In this document: positions 13,744-28,700 of the stretch, in pieces
Layout of the letters: the number at the start of each line of letters is the position of its first letter
Position numbering within the stretch: position 1 is the first letter of the stretch
Assembly: GCA_964247055.1 (NCBI GenBank)
Contig: OZ176055.1
Span: 3,596,001-3,660,000, forward strand
DNA length: 64,000 nucleotides
Reading direction: 5' to 3'
From: Paragordius varius
Lineage: Eukaryota; Animalia; Nematomorpha
The notes under the pieces: model-generated
Told to the model about the DNA's origin: nothing
Databases searched by the model: none
What the model saw: only the letters and a program-made list of their open reading frames with translations
Position numbers and translations under genes: made by a program

Positions 13744-13815
13744 CAGGGGCGTACCGGGGGGAGGGGGGCAAGGGGGTGCATTATGCCCCGGGCGCCATTA
13801 TTCAGGGGTGCCTAA
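13744..13815. mobile_element. GC-rich MITE left end (CAGGGGCGTA type); right end not found
   Basis: CAGGGGCGTACCGGGGGGAGGGGGGC..GCCCCGGGCGCC; related to the terminus of 16250-16520. Confidence 0.45.
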
Positions 13816-14064
13816 ATGATTTTTTAAAATTAAATTTTAATTATGCAAAAATAATAAGAACATTCAAATGAAATTTTTCAGCAATTTTAATAATCCCTAT
13901 AATATATACTCTATTATTCATCTAATTAGTACCATTGAATAAATTTAGTAGATCTAAAATTTATATGACTGTGCTGCCTTATCTATGATGTTTAGGTTAC
14001 AACGTTTGTATTTTTTTTACTAAATTGTTTTATTGGCTTTAAAAGGGGGGAGGGGGGGCATAAA

Positions 14065-14576
14065 ACTTGGATACAACATTTAAGTTCTTTGATTCCAATT
14101 GGGATAGTTGGATACCCCAGGCCTGTTTAAAATTAAATATTTTAAAAAATATCGAATGAGTTGAAACCATGGCAAAAATTTGCACATTTGTAACATTAAA
14201 CCGAAATATATAAAAAATTTATTTAAAAATATTCTAATTACTTATTTTTAAATGTCTCAGGGTAAATATTTAGTCAACATAACATGTGTGCACTAGCGAA
14301 ATTAAAAATAATACAAAATAAACCACTTTTTGTATTAATGTTAGAGGCTATTTAAATGTGAAAAATTAGCTTTCATTTTAGCTTTAAAATCAAATAAACA
14401 CGATATGCAAAAATGTTGTAATGGCGTCGAAGTAGTTTGATATGGAACTTTTTTTTTCAGAACCAAATTTTATTTAGATATTGGCATGAATTTAAATAGG
14501 GACAGTCTCTTTGAGTAGTTTTTATAATTTAAACTTAAATATAGTCTGGGGTATTTATCCAATTTGAATCGAAGTG
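14065..14576. mobile_element. piggyBac-type MITE, copy 2 (degenerate termini)
   Basis: Interior (TTGGGATAGTTGGATACCCCAGG..TAGTCAACATAACATGTGTG..GAATCGAAGTG) matches the other copies; termini mutated. Confidence 0.6.
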
Positions 14577-16249
14577 AACACTCCACTACCTTTTGGGCTG
14601 GTTTTATACCAGAGCGATTTATAATTAGGTCTTTAAAGTATTTAAGCTATTTAGTCGAATTAAAAAATAAGCTTTCTTAAGTCGTTTAGGCGCATTATAC
14701 AAAAATTTAAAAAAAAATCAAGATTGTAAAAAAATCCTAGTCGGAAACTTTTTTTGCCTCTATTATTCTTTAAATTTTTCAATAGATGATGCAGAGGATG
14801 TATATTATATTCAAAAAGTGTTAGTAGTTAATTTTAGAAAAGTTTTAGGCATTTTACCAACAAAAACTTGATATTTGATTTTAATATTGGCTGTTCGTTT
14901 CCTTCGTGGTTTGAAGTTTTTCCGATTTTTTAGAGGTCACAAAACTATAAAAATATAAACTTTTTTTATCTAATACAGAAGAACAATATTTATTTAAATA
15001 TTATCTAAAAAGACTTTCAAAACTGCTGTTTATCATAATTGAGCTCTAGAATATAAAACTACCCCAAAGATAATAATGAAGTATAAACTTAGAATAGCTT
15101 TTCGATTCCATTTTAGCAGCAATTTATTTATTTCAAAATAGTTGTTTTTTTAATCGGGTTTATATGGTCGAACTGTAAAGGATTCTTTTCATTAATACTA
15201 TAGATTTGAACAATGTTTAATTTTAACAGGCCATGATCTTTTGGGGTGGTTTATGTCCCAGAGCGATTTGAATATAAAAAGTATCGCTAAGCCGAATTTA
15301 AAAATAGGCTTTTTGGGGGCATTTAAATAAATTTTTTAAAAAAATCATAGTCTCTAACTCTTGAAAGCTAAGTATCTTACTCCATTTTAATGTTATAAAC
15401 CCCATAAATCCTTATCACGCGATTAAACAGCTGATTAAAAAAGAGTTCAAATGTGTTAGGCTTTTGGAACTTACATGAGAAATTACAATTTATAGATTTT
15501 AGCTTTAAATATAGTTTGTGACATATTTTATTGAAAAAAACTTTGGATGGAACTTTTAGCCTTAATCTATGCTGATTTTTCGAGTTTTTGAGATGAAAGT
15601 AATACTATAAAGGAAATATCTTTAAATAATTCGTAATGCCCAGTATTTTAAGCGCCCAAAATATTTTTTTCTTGCACTGATATATTATTGGCCGGAAATC
15701 TGATTATATTAAAGATAATATGTAAATACGGTTGTAATATTTTATGCAGTTATTGACACATTAATAAAGATCCAAACTATTAAATTAATTACACTTAATG
15801 GTTTATTCTTTTTTAATATTTGTCCCTTGTCAAATTTGGCACAATTTTTTTACACACATTCACCATCTTTCTGAAAGTTACCTTTGCGCAATCCTAACTT
15901 TTTAACGTTTGCTTTGCCATACAAACCAAAAAAGATTCTTTAACTTAAAAAAAATCATTTTTAGCCTTATACAGTTTAAAATAATTTATGGCTAAATATT
16001 TAACTTAACGGATTCAAAATTTGCAAAAATTTGATTTATGTGATTATGAATAATAATAAAATATAAATGATTTAAAAACTTTTAAAAATTTCGTAAAGAT
16101 TTTACAAGCATATTAAATTAATTTTGTTTGTACTTTATGTCCATTTTTGATAAAATGGCCTAAAATTTTGGCCTGTTCTTCGAAATTAACTATGTAATAG
16201 TTCCATTTTAATCAAAAACATCGACATTTTTAAATAAAACTTTTGCTTG

Positions 16250-16520
16250 GAGAGGCGTAGTTAGAGGGGGAAAAGGGCGGCTGACGCACCGGGCTAGATA
16301 GTTGAAAGGGGCGCCAGATATTATAAATTTTTTATTTTATTTCAAAAAAATAGGTATTTAAAGGTTATTTTAAATAATACATAAAAAAATCACCCATTTA
16401 TGAATGGTCATTATCACGGTTTAAATTTGATTACTTTTTTAAACTGCAAGGGGTCGCATGGAGAGAAAGCGAGGCGCCGGATTCATGCACTGTACGCCAG
16501 AAATGCAAGCTACGCCTCTG
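16250..16520. mobile_element. hAT-like MITE
   Basis: Inverted termini GAGAGGCGTAG and CTACGCCTCTG; flanks TTTGCTTG / TTTGCACT match only partly. Confidence 0.6.
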
Positions 16521-17232
16521 TTTGCACTATTTTTCTTATAAATTAAAGGTCTCCATTTTCCGGAAAACGTGTTTAAGGCCCATATTTATCATTTGTTGTT
16601 TTTTTTGAATGTTTTATTTTCGCCAGTTTTTACAGTTTGATGGTGAATTGTTTCAAAGATAAAATTGTCTCTGTGATCAGGCTCTTGATCCAGCCCATTG
16701 AACATCAACCTGCTTTAGATATATTTCTATTTTACCTTTTAAAATTGCACCTCGATTTCAACTCAGCTGACAATATTGAAAACGTATAGATCCATTTAAA
16801 ATTAATAATATTTTGTATGAGCTTTTTTGATTGGCTCTAAGCTTACACCCGTAAATTGAGCAAACAGTTTTTTAGTTGTGTAATAAATTATGTTAAAAGA
16901 GGAATAAAATCTTTTTTAATCATTTGCGCAAAATTGATTATAGATTTAAGTTTTGATGCTTACTGTATGATGGGCGAAAGAAGATCCTTGAAGAGAGTTA
17001 GTCATTTTTTATTATATTAATTATGTTCGGACTATATATAATATATCCTTTTATTGAAATTTATCCATAATTTTTAGCTAAAAATTATTTTATCCTCCCA
17101 ATTCAATCGTAATGATTAAACTATACGCATGTTAGCGCAAAGCTTCTGGCAGTCAGTGATATATCATTTTCACCCAAAAGCAACATTTTTTCAACCAAAC
17201 GCAACATGTTTTTTAAGCTAAGACAACATTAA

Positions 17233-19211
17233 CACTTGGATACAACGCATTCATTTCAGTCCTTCAATAGAAATTGGGGTAGTTGGATACCCCAGCCCTG
17301 TTTAAAATCAAACACTTTAAAAAATATGGAAGGAATCGAAACCAAAATTTTGCAATAACATCTGGTACCGGCAAATCAGAGGGGCACAGAGACATCCCTA
17401 CTGAAATGATAAAATATATTCCAATCGATATTACCAAATTATTTCAAAACATATTTGAGAGAGAAAAAATTCCTGAGGATTGGTGCACATCCATTATGAT
17501 TCCTATTTTAAAAAGGGGTAACCCAGAACTGTGCGATAACTATCGCACCATAGCGCTCAACCAGGTGTCCAAAGTTTTTTTAAAAATAATACAGTTTCGA
17601 CTAAATACCATTCTTGACCCCGAGATATCCACGATTCAGGCTGGTTTTCGAAAAGGTAGAGGATGCCGTATGATATGTAATATGAGGTGTATATCGAGAA
17701 ACACATCGAAGTTAACAAAGAATTGCATATGTGCTTTGTCGATTTTTCCAAAGCATTTGATTACATCCAGCATAATAAATTACGAAATGTTCTAAAACAA
17801 CTTGGAGTATTAACACATCTAATCAACGTCATATTCTCAATTTATTACACGGCTGTAATATCTACACCTCACGGTATAACTGACTCATGTAAGGTACAAG
17901 TCGGCCTACGCCAAGGATGCGTTTTATCCCCAATTCTTTTTAACGCATACCTCGCATAATAAGAAACATCCCAGAAACTTATGGCATTAATGTAGGTGGA
18001 AACCTACTTACATCCGTTCACTACGCGGATGATACAGTCTTATTCGCAGACAGTGTAGACACGTTATCGCAAGCCTTGCAAGTGTTTACAACTGAATGCA
18101 ATAAATTTGGATTAAATATCAATTTTAGAAAAAAAACACATGCAAATAAACCCGGCTCAAACTAATCCAATAATTCTCAACGGCAACCAGATCGAAACAG
18201 TAAGCAGTTACACGCACTTAGGTAGCATTATTAACAGTGAGAACAACTCTCCCCCAGAAATAAAGCGAAGAATTGCTATGGCTAAAGCAGTCACATTCAA
18301 ATATAATAAGATTTGGATGTCGCATGACATTAAACTAAAAACCAAAATCAGATTAATCAAGGCTACATTTTTTCCCACATTCATATATGGGGGGAAAGCT
18401 GGTTACTAAAAAATATATGAAGAACGTCAAATAAATTTCGAATTATGGGTGTGGAGAAAACTTCTCCAAATAAAATGGACAGACAAAATTTCAAACACCA
18501 CTATTTTAAATAAAATTAACCCAGAAATGTCACTTCTAGGCAGCTTAATACGGCAAAAACTCTCCTTTTTCGGGCACATTATGAGAGCCAACTCACTTGG
18601 AAAATCACTGATGCTGGGAAAAGTGAGTGGTGCTCGAAAAAGAGGGAGAATACGAACTCGTTGGATGGATAACATCCTCAAAGAAACCAACCAATCATTA
18701 TCCAAACTAAACACCAGATCCGGTAATCGCAGTGAATGGAGAAGCTATATTTTCAATGTTGCAGTTAGTCGGAATCGACCTTAGCAACAACAACAACAAT
18801 AATAAACCAAAATATATAAAAAAGTTTATTCAAAAATAATTGATATTACTTATTTTGATGTGAAACCCAAAGGTAAAAATTTAGTCAACGTAACATGTGT
18901 GAATTGGCCAAATTAAAAAATAATACAAAATACCCTTTTTCTATTTCTATCAATGTTAGATGTGTAATAAAAAAAATTAGCTTTAATTTTACCTTTAAAA
19001 TTCAATGACCACGACATTTTGCAAAAATTTTGTAAAATAAAAACGGCGCCGAAGTAGTCTGACATGAGATTTTTTTTCGAAATTAAATTTTATTTAGATA
19101 TTTTTGGCTTATTTATATAATTTTTATCAGGAGAGAAGCATAAATTAAAATTGGGACCGTTTCCTTTGAAATTTAGTCTGGGAAAATAGATACCCCAAAT
19201 TGAACGAAGTG
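17233..19211. mobile_element. piggyBac-type MITE, copy 3, interrupted by a LINE
   Basis: TTAA|CACTTGG at 17229-17239 and CGAAGTG|TTAA at 19205-19215; the halves 17233-17360 and 18804-19211 join to reconstitute the 8174-8682 element. Confidence 0.75.
17361..18803 (+). mobile_element. 5'-truncated, frameshifted non-LTR retrotransposon (RTE-like) reverse transcriptase region
   Basis: Consecutive ORF fragments give GKSEGHRDIPTEMIK, CDNYRTIAL, QAGFRKGRG, FVDFSKAFD, GLRQGCVLSPILFN, YADD (18022-18033), YTHLGSII, EIKRRIAMAK, RGRIRTRWMDNI, NRSEWR; ends in a (CAA)n tail at about 18785-18803. No endonuclease domain. Confidence 0.9.
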
Positions 19212-20848
19212 TTAAGTAACGCAACATTTTTTCAAGCAAAGACAACTAAAATTGCGTTTGGTTAAAAAGTGTTGCGTTCGGATGAAAATGTTGCCTTTGA
19301 CTGAAAAATGGTATACAAAATCGCACTTCAGTACATCTAGGAAAGCAACCTTTTTACGCCTTTGTTTTAAATTAACTTGTATTGTAATAAACAGGTTATT
19401 TATTTTCGATTTATTCCCAAATAAATTGGCAGAAATAAGATATATTAAAATAAAGGCTACGTACAGCAAAGTTAATTATTAATCCTGCCCCCACCACCTA
19501 TGGTTTATTATATTTCCAAAAAAAACAAAAAAATTAAGATTTTATTTAAAAACTCTACTTTAATATATTAACAATTGTATTTAGGAAACTAATGATAAAC
19601 GAAAATTTAATAAAAAATTCGACTGAAAATTACATGTTAAAAACTGGAATCCGTAGTTAGCTATTACAATACCTACTTTAATATATCGATAGTCTATCAA
19701 TAGCAAATATTTTATAAATAATAAAAACAATAATTAATACCTTGCTAAAGAAACAATGTTTTTTACAATAAATGCAAACATATTTTCTCAGCTACATACT
19801 ATATCTTATATATATTTTTATACTTTGTTTTAGGTAAAATATTTAAGCCTAGAAATGTATAAACAAGTATCTTTTTTCTCATCTTTTTTTAATTTTTATC
19901 CTTAAAATTCTCTTACCTACCTAGTGTTAATTATATATAATATTTTATTTATATTTATTAAATATTTTATAAACTATAATAGCCATTATATTAACATATT
20001 AAACCCCTTTTGTATTGGAAGTTTACATTTATTGTATATGTAGTTATCGAAAAAAAAAGAAAAAAATATATCAATACTCTCTAATATCTCTAACTAGCTA
20101 TCAGAATAAATAAGGGATAACTAAAAAGGTTGGGGAAACTGAATAAAAATATTATATTTTATATTAGAATATTGTATCGTATTTCACTTTCAATCTATAC
20201 AAATATATAGTATAAGGTATTTTATTCTTTATTGTATGGCTAAAGTCCACTATCTGTAAAGAGAGAGACAATAGATATAAAAAATAAACATCCTTTATAA
20301 TATAAATATATAAAATAATTAACAGTTTATTGTTGTTGTTTTTTTTTCACTCATCACCGTCAAGCAAATCAACAGAAAAAATAATATTGTATATTTTAAA
20401 TTTTTCGCATATTAAAATTAAATTAAATCAATTAAAATTATTTAACCGTATAATTCCTTGGAACTAATTTCTCTAGTTATTTGAAATCAAGATTCTAATT
20501 GTTAACCAAAGCTTAATTGGAGAAATTCGGTAATTTATTACATATATTCGTTTTTTAAATTTTTTTTATTTCAAATTGTTGTTTTGCTAAGTATAATCGG
20601 AAAATTAATAATATAGTATCCAATTTTTAATTATAATTAAATTTTTACAAGTAACGTATAAAATTTATGTTAATATATAGCATTGTTTAAATAAAATTTG
20701 TTGAAATATTAAACACGGCTTTATAACAAAAATCTTGATTCCTTTAGATTATCAATTCTGTTAAATGACGTTTTTGGATAATTGGGAAATTCATAATTCA
20801 ATTGATAATAAGTCAACTAGCGACGATAGAAAGTCCATAAAAGTCCAC

Positions 20849-22538
20849 ATGAGAACCGAAAACAACCTGGGAACTCAGCGGCAAACCAATTTTTCAAATT
20901 CCAAATCAAAAATAAATTTTAAAACTATCCCTATATGTTCCTACCTGATTCCTTTTCTGTGTTACTTTATATGTACTCTCGCTTTCCTATCACAAGGTAA
21001 ATTAATTTCGATATATCAAAAAATGAATGTGTCCTTGATTATTCTTTCAAATTTTTCAAATATATATATTTTATTTTATTATTTTCAAAAAATATTTGAT
21101 CCTATCTTAATTCTATATATATATGTAGTATTGTCAAAAGCACACCTAAGTGTTAAAATACGCGCTTTGTGAAATTTGAAAAAAGCCCAATTTCGTGAAT
21201 TGTTTTAAATTTCACTTCAACATCAAATTAATAGTAAATGTAATTTTTTTAAATCTTGGTATCTGAATCATTTATATATATGATAAATTTATTATTCATT
21301 GTTTACTTATATAATAATATATAAATTTATATATTAGTCATAATATACACGTATAAAAAATTTGAAATTGAACTGAAAATATTTTATTTTTTTTTAAGTA
21401 AGGGATCTAAACCGAATAAAATATACGAAAAGTCTGGTGATTTCAATAGACTTATAAATCATAATTAATTTATACATATATAAGATGCATAAATTAAATT
21501 GATTCTTTCCATGTTTAATAACTAATAATTATAATTGAACTATTCCATTTTAAAATTGCTTTTAAATGGTAGAAAAAAACTTGTTTTTAGTCTGTAATTA
21601 GTTTAGTATTGATTAATAAAATGATTATTAATTATAAAAAATATTTATTACAAGTATTTAACTTTAAAATATGTATACCTTAAAAATTTATCATATATCA
21701 CCTTTTCTCATCCTTTTGATGAAACTTCATTTATTCTGTTTTATATAAAAAATATATTACGTTCGTTTTTTGCATAGTTGACCGTTAGCTTTTTACAATT
21801 TTGCAATGGTTTATTATTAAGGGGCCATTTATAATTAAAAACCAATATTTTACTGGAACTTTTTGGGGTATCGATAGTTTTTAGTTTGAAAATTTAATAT
21901 ATATCGTGGTCTCATTTAAAACATATATTTCCGAAACTCTAACCATACATATTGCTTAAAATATCGTTTGTAAATTTTAGATATATTTTCCATTATTTTA
22001 TCCATATTCTTATGCATATATACATATAGCGATTTTGTCCCTTTTCTCAAAATAGCTTATTATCGATCGATAGACAAGTCTAATTTTTAGCATAGTATTA
22101 AAATGTTTTCTAATATCCATATATATTAAATATATATGTCCACGATAATGAAAAAACCCATTATCTCACATATGTAAATTTTGTTAGTTTTTAGATTTCA
22201 TAGGAGAGCTCTCGCTGACACATTTTTTAAACCACAAACTCAATAAGGTTTTAAGAGTCTTTTAACAGGTGAAATAATATAAAAAAAAGCTAAAAATTGA
22301 AAAAATTATTTCTTTATTCATCAATAAAAATTTTTTTTTAACCAACCATATAACTGGCTTATTGTAAACGAAATTTAGAATCGTTAAGTTATATAAATAT
22401 ATAGATATTGATATATATTAATATTTAGATTATTTCCTGAAATTATTTATGCTACTGCATATTCCATGTCGAAGAATACGGAAAATGTTTAATGGATTAT
22501 TATATATATATTTATAAAATTTGCAAATTTTAAAATAA

Positions 22539-22577
<39 letters not shown>

Positions 22578-22753
22578 TAGCCTCTTGAACCCTTTATTTA
22601 ATTGACATTTTGTCGTTTCCCTTTCGTTTATAATTAGTCAGAATCTACCTTTTTTTGTTAATTTTGACGTTGGAGATTAATTTAAAAATAATTATAATAC
22701 ACCTCATTTCAAAATATTTTATATTCTTTAATAATTAATTGTTTAACAGATGG

Positions 22754-22787
<34 letters not shown>

Positions 22788-25700
22788 TGATATTAAAACA
22801 AATAAAATAGATGTATAATCCTTTAACTGTACTTTAATTAATACATAATAAGATCTATTTGTTTTAAATATATTTTTTAAACAAATAGTTTATTAAATAT
22901 TTCTGAGTTTTATGGAATATTTGTTTATTGAAACCCAATTAGTATTAACCAAAATCAAATATCTCTCGAATAATTAAAATCCTGCAGCGTTTGCCTTAAA
23001 ATTCTCATTTATTAACTATTCTTTTATTTTTTCATAATACATATATAATATTGTTGTTTTAAATATCATCTCTCTTTCGTTTTCTAAAAACCCAAAACAG
23101 ATTCTAGAGCTTTATAAAGAGTAGAATCTAAGTTCATGTAGAATTTTCTTAGATATATATATATATATATATATATGACAATTCATAAATTATTTAAAAA
23201 GCAAGGACTTTAGCTCTAAAATCGCATTTAAATGATTCATGAGACGCGCTTTAAACCGTTAGAAAGTTTAACAACTTTGTATAAAACACAAATTAACTTT
23301 TTTCTAAATTGGTAAAAAGTATATATATTCTTTTAAAACAAAAAAATTTGATGTTTTGATAACTTACATAGATACCGATAATAATTTTATTTTATTTTTC
23401 ATAAAAAAACAATAGAATGTAACGTTTTTTTTACACCTGATGAAATGAAATAAGTCAAATATATACGCTTTTTTTCTAGATTTACATATATATAATTCAA
23501 ATCATTTTCTTTGTTTTTAATATTTTAAAAAATAATCTATTCAGGTAATAATTATGTATTAATTACCTAAAATATAGTTTTAAAATTTATATGAAAATAT
23601 TGAACAAAAAAAAATAATGCTATTATCAAATTTGCAAGCTTTATTGTTATCATATACGAATATGCATAAAAGAGACGCCATATAAAACGCGAATCCAATG
23701 AGAAAATATTGTCATATGAAATTTTATCAAATCAAATAATATATGATAATTTTAATTGATTTTGAAAATAAAAAAATATTTAAATTATATTGTTTTCACA
23801 TCTTGCTGGGAAATATGAAAATCGAGATATCATCATAATATTCATCAAATTAAAGATTTTTTATTTTAAGGAATACAGCGCAAATTATTTTTGATGGCTT
23901 AAATGTGAATACTTTCCATTGTTGCATTGCGTAAGGTGTGTGCTTTGAAAAGCATAAAATTTATACTTAGATCCCCTCATTTATTATTATCAGACATTTT
24001 TTTCATTTCAAATTCATAGTTGGTTAATGGTGGTATAGAGTACACAATTATATATGTATTTTTTAAATTGGTAGGCTGTCTTGTCTCATATTCCTAATAC
24101 TTTTTATTTGAAAATTCTACGAAATTTCTATATCCCTTTATGTATAGGTTCTTCTTTACAATACATGTCGCATAAGTGTCAATTTCATCTTTTTTTCTAT
24201 TATCTCTATATATATAATATATCATGGTTAATAAAAAAGTAAGCTTTTTCAATACTATGTAACATTTTGAAGAATCCCTCCCTCCCTGTTTTGTGTTCAA
24301 ATAGTTTTTTCCTCTTTAAACTCTGCAAAAAAGATGAGTCTAGTGTCATTATCATTAATGAAATTATTTTTTTATCTATTTTTTGAGAATTGGCACAAAT
24401 ATGTGATTAAATTATGCAAAGAAAATATACCATGAGAAGAGAGTCTAATGTCAACATCCAAATTAAATAAAAGGATTTTTTTAAATAGAACCATTGAAGA
24501 TTTTTTCAGAGATCACATAAAATGTGTTAGAATTAGAAACGCTAATTTAGTGTTTTGGATTGAATTTTGGGAATAAATAGGCCCTAATTTTTGAGAAATT
24601 AATATAATTTAAAATATTAATTAACTTAAATATATCTAGGAACAATTAAAGTTACAAATCAATCCTATTGAAATCGAATATTTTTTTAAAATCTCATAAA
24701 ATTATTATATTTTATGGTAAAATTTTTCATATATATATATATATATACCAATTGTCATTCGCCTCACGTAATTTTTAGAGTCCCCTAATAAAATAATTTG
24801 AACTTGTGTACTATCCTGATCACAAAATGAGATCAACTTTGGTTTTTTAGCCTAAGAAAACTAGAAAATTATAGTATATAGAAAGGGCCAATAGTTATAA
24901 TTGGTAGAGAGCAAGACTGTCCCATAATAAAATGTGTCTCTAAGAAACAAAAAAAGTTTTTCATTATACTTTTTATTGATTTTTTAGGCCTTCTCTCCTT
25001 CATAGTCACATAAAATCGAAAATTTGGTAATCATGCTCGTATAACATAATATGTCTTAGTACATAAAATATTCTTAAATTATTAAGCACAACTTCTGTCA
25101 TTTACACAATATTTAGTTATAAGCTATTAATTCTCTGATTATATGAGCTCTTTTTGGATTAAATGATTTGTTTTTAAAATTGTTATCAGTTTTTTTAATA
25201 TGAAAAAATAATTTTAATAGTTTAAAATGTAGAGAGTTTTAAATAACACATTCAAGTATATTAGTGACTTTTATCATAAATCACCAAAAAAATGCATTTT
25301 TTACACATATAATTAAATGTTTCCTTTCCAATATACCATTTTAAATATATAAATGTTGTATATCAATCTAGTCCCAACTGCAAATGCACTTGATATACGA
25401 ACGACACAAACTATAGCTATTGGCTCAGTCGTCAATGCTATTTGCGAAGGCAAAAAGGTTCAGAATTGGAAATATCCCAATGGTTCCTACATTCCATTTT
25501 CGAATTCAAGGTTTTTTTTTAAAACTTCAAGCTATTAAAAAATGTTATATTATATCCCCATAAATCCATATTTTTTTATATAAAAAGTGTTTAACTACCA
25601 TTTGAATCGCCGACTACTTGAAAAAAAGTGTATTGATTTTTAATTAATTTAGATATATTTAATAGCACATAATTTGTAAAAACATTTATTTTTCGTATAC

Positions 25701-28700
25701 AGTAAAAAAAACAAAATATTATATTTTATAGACCATCCCCAACTGGCGTTATATTATACATATACGCGGCTTATGATTCACAATTTTGTCTGTTATAAAT
25801 AATTTTAAAATACTTTTTTTAATAAAGAAAAAAGGAAAATTGAATCACTGAACCATAAATTAATTGATTTATTATGTTAAGAAGGCGTCTACACCTATGA
25901 TAAGATAGGTAAAAGTAATACTATTTTCAACAACTGTTATTTTCTGTAATAATTTAAAATAATCGTCGAAACCCCAGGACAGATGAAAAAATGAAATTAG
26001 GGGATATTTCAAATTGAATGTGTTTTTTAAATTTGCCTAATAACTTTTGATTTAATACAAAATGATTAATAAATTCAAACCATATTTATCATCTTTACTC
26101 AGGCACTTTAGGATTGCTCAGATTTCAAACATTTTTCTTTCATTTAAAATTTATAATTATCTTTTTTAATTATCAACCATATTACCATAACTACTAATCT
26201 TAAGCAGACTGGGGTCTTCAACCACCCCATTTAGTATCAAAGGAAATGAATAGGATCCTTTTTTATAAAAATATTTTTTCTATCTATCACACACATCTAG
26301 GGTGAGTGTTTCGAATTTGACCGATTTTTGTAATCGTGTCCCATGTTTAACCCTAACCTTTAATCCCTTCCTCAAAAGCGACCAAGGGGATTATGTTTGC
26401 GAATCCGCTGGTGGGGGAATTGCATCTGTGAGCATTCGAGCTAACAGTAATATTTTATATACTAGATTTTATATTAAAACTATGTCAGATAATATCCATA
26501 TTTCCGATAATCTTGAACACTTATGAACCTTAAAAAAATATTTTTGCAAGGTAAAAAAATTTTAAACTTTAAATTTCTACCCGTTATTTTTGGATTATTA
26601 GCATGTTTTTTTGGTTATTTAGGAGAGTGGGAAAGAAATCTATTAATCTTTTTCATATATTTATTTAAAAAATCAAAATGTGATTATTTTATATTTTGTT
26701 TTAGCTGTTTCGTTTGTTGATACCCCGCCCGAACAAAGTTTTGTTAGAGGTGCTCGTGGGTTAATTACGTGTAAAATTGAAGGCGAAGAAACCAAAATGT
26801 TATGGAGACGAAACGGAGCTACCATTACAGGTATAGTAAGAATAATAAGCTGAAAATTAATGAAAATGATAATTGATTTAATAACTTCTATTTTACAATC
26901 GGTTAAGATTTCACTCTTGAATGTAATTTTTAACCTAAAGTAACAAAATTGGTTGCTATTCAGTGGTTTCAAATGTAAAATTTATGTATAAAAAAATTTA
27001 AAACTTAAAATATCAGTTTGTTTTAAAGATATTTTTAACAGTTAGATAAAGTTACTGATGATACGGATATGCAGTATGCAATTTAATGGTTGCTTGTTTC
27101 ACATATAGTTGGGCAATCGCAACATATGAGTGTATAAAAAAAAGAAATGAAATAATTGTTTATTCAATATTTTTCCATACAAAACTGTGTTGCAAATAGC
27201 CCTGCTATATTGTGTAATAAACCATTAAAATGCGCACTGTAAATTTGAATTTAAGACATTTAATATCTTACAACCATTTTAAAATTACGTTTTTTTTGGA
27301 AAAATAAATATTTTATACACCCTTTGCCGCATATTTCTACAGCTGCATCTACATTCTGTACACATTATTTTAAAATTTAATTAATTTATTTTTTTAGATG
27401 ATGATAATTACAAGATTGTTAAAGATGGTTTGGAAGTCCGCAATTTTACCAAAGACGATGATGCCAATTACACTTGTATTGCATTCAATCCCAAAACAAT
27501 CACAACCAAACAATTCTTCATCAAAGTTAATGTTTGGTGTAAGTGTTTTAACATTTGCTCTTCCTATCAATTTGAGTGCAGTTAAACTCAGTGGTACTCA
27601 CCAAAAACAGGTAAAGCGCCGCAAAAAATATTATCCTTGTACCAGAGGCCGTGCACCATTTTCGATATAAATTTTATATTGTTTGACACATTTACAGAAC
27701 AGATATTTATACTCAAAATGAGTGTGAAAAAACTCAATAAACAATTCAGGGCCATAAAAAGCATTAATCAGAGCCACATGCGGTCGGTGGGTCGCGGTTT
27801 TTACTATCACTGATTTAGCTGTTTTCAATAGATATCAACTACTTTTTGGTTTCAACAATTTAATTAATATTCACTATAGATCCAGCCACGATAAAACGGA
27901 CAAAACAACAAATTTACGCCGTTTTAGGTCAATCACTAAACTTGACCTGTGAGACGGATGGCAACCCAAAACCTCGCATAGAATGGTACAAAAATAATTA
28001 TGCCGACCTGCCTCTCCAAAACATTTTTACCGATAATCAAGGATTGAGTGTGTTATCAGTATAAATTTGTGTTTTTTTAGAAACATACCTATGTTACTTA
28101 CAATTTATGGCCCATTTTTATATATGTATATATTTATAGCTTCAAATTAATAATGAGATGGATTATGCAATGTATACCTGCCGCGCTGAAAATAATATGG
28201 GTGTAGCATCTGAATTAAAATTTACCGTACAAAGTGCAAGTAAAATAATTTATTCTTTCATGGCTTAATTATAATGAATTGTAAGAAGAGCCATTAATTT
28301 TTTACGTTTTGATATTACAGAAGCGCCAAGTAGAATCAAGGGTCTTGAACTGCTCCAAACCAAAGCCTATCAGATTAAATTGAAAGTTTTGTATCCCGAA
28401 GATGATGGTGGTCGGCCCATTGAATCCTACAAAATGCGTTATAAAGCCGGAGATCAGACGTGGGACAATGCCCCAATCAAGACTATCTCTCCGGGTATGA
28501 ATTTAATAATAAGTGTTTTAAATAATTTATAGTGAAAATTATCCCTTGAACACCAAGAATATGTAAATTAACTTAGTGTACATTCAGATTAATTTAATTT
28601 GTAATAATGCAATTCAGTCTGAGTTTTATCATAATATTTATTTTGACAACGGTCAGTCAATGAGTGCATGTTTTTCATATGTTATAACACCATTACAATA

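Noticed and set aside
25732-25908. Two small Ig-like fragments suggesting a fourth Ig domain
   Set aside because: Exon 25372-25510 joins 26301 directly in phase to make a complete Ig1; the fragments cannot be joined without a stop or weak sites.
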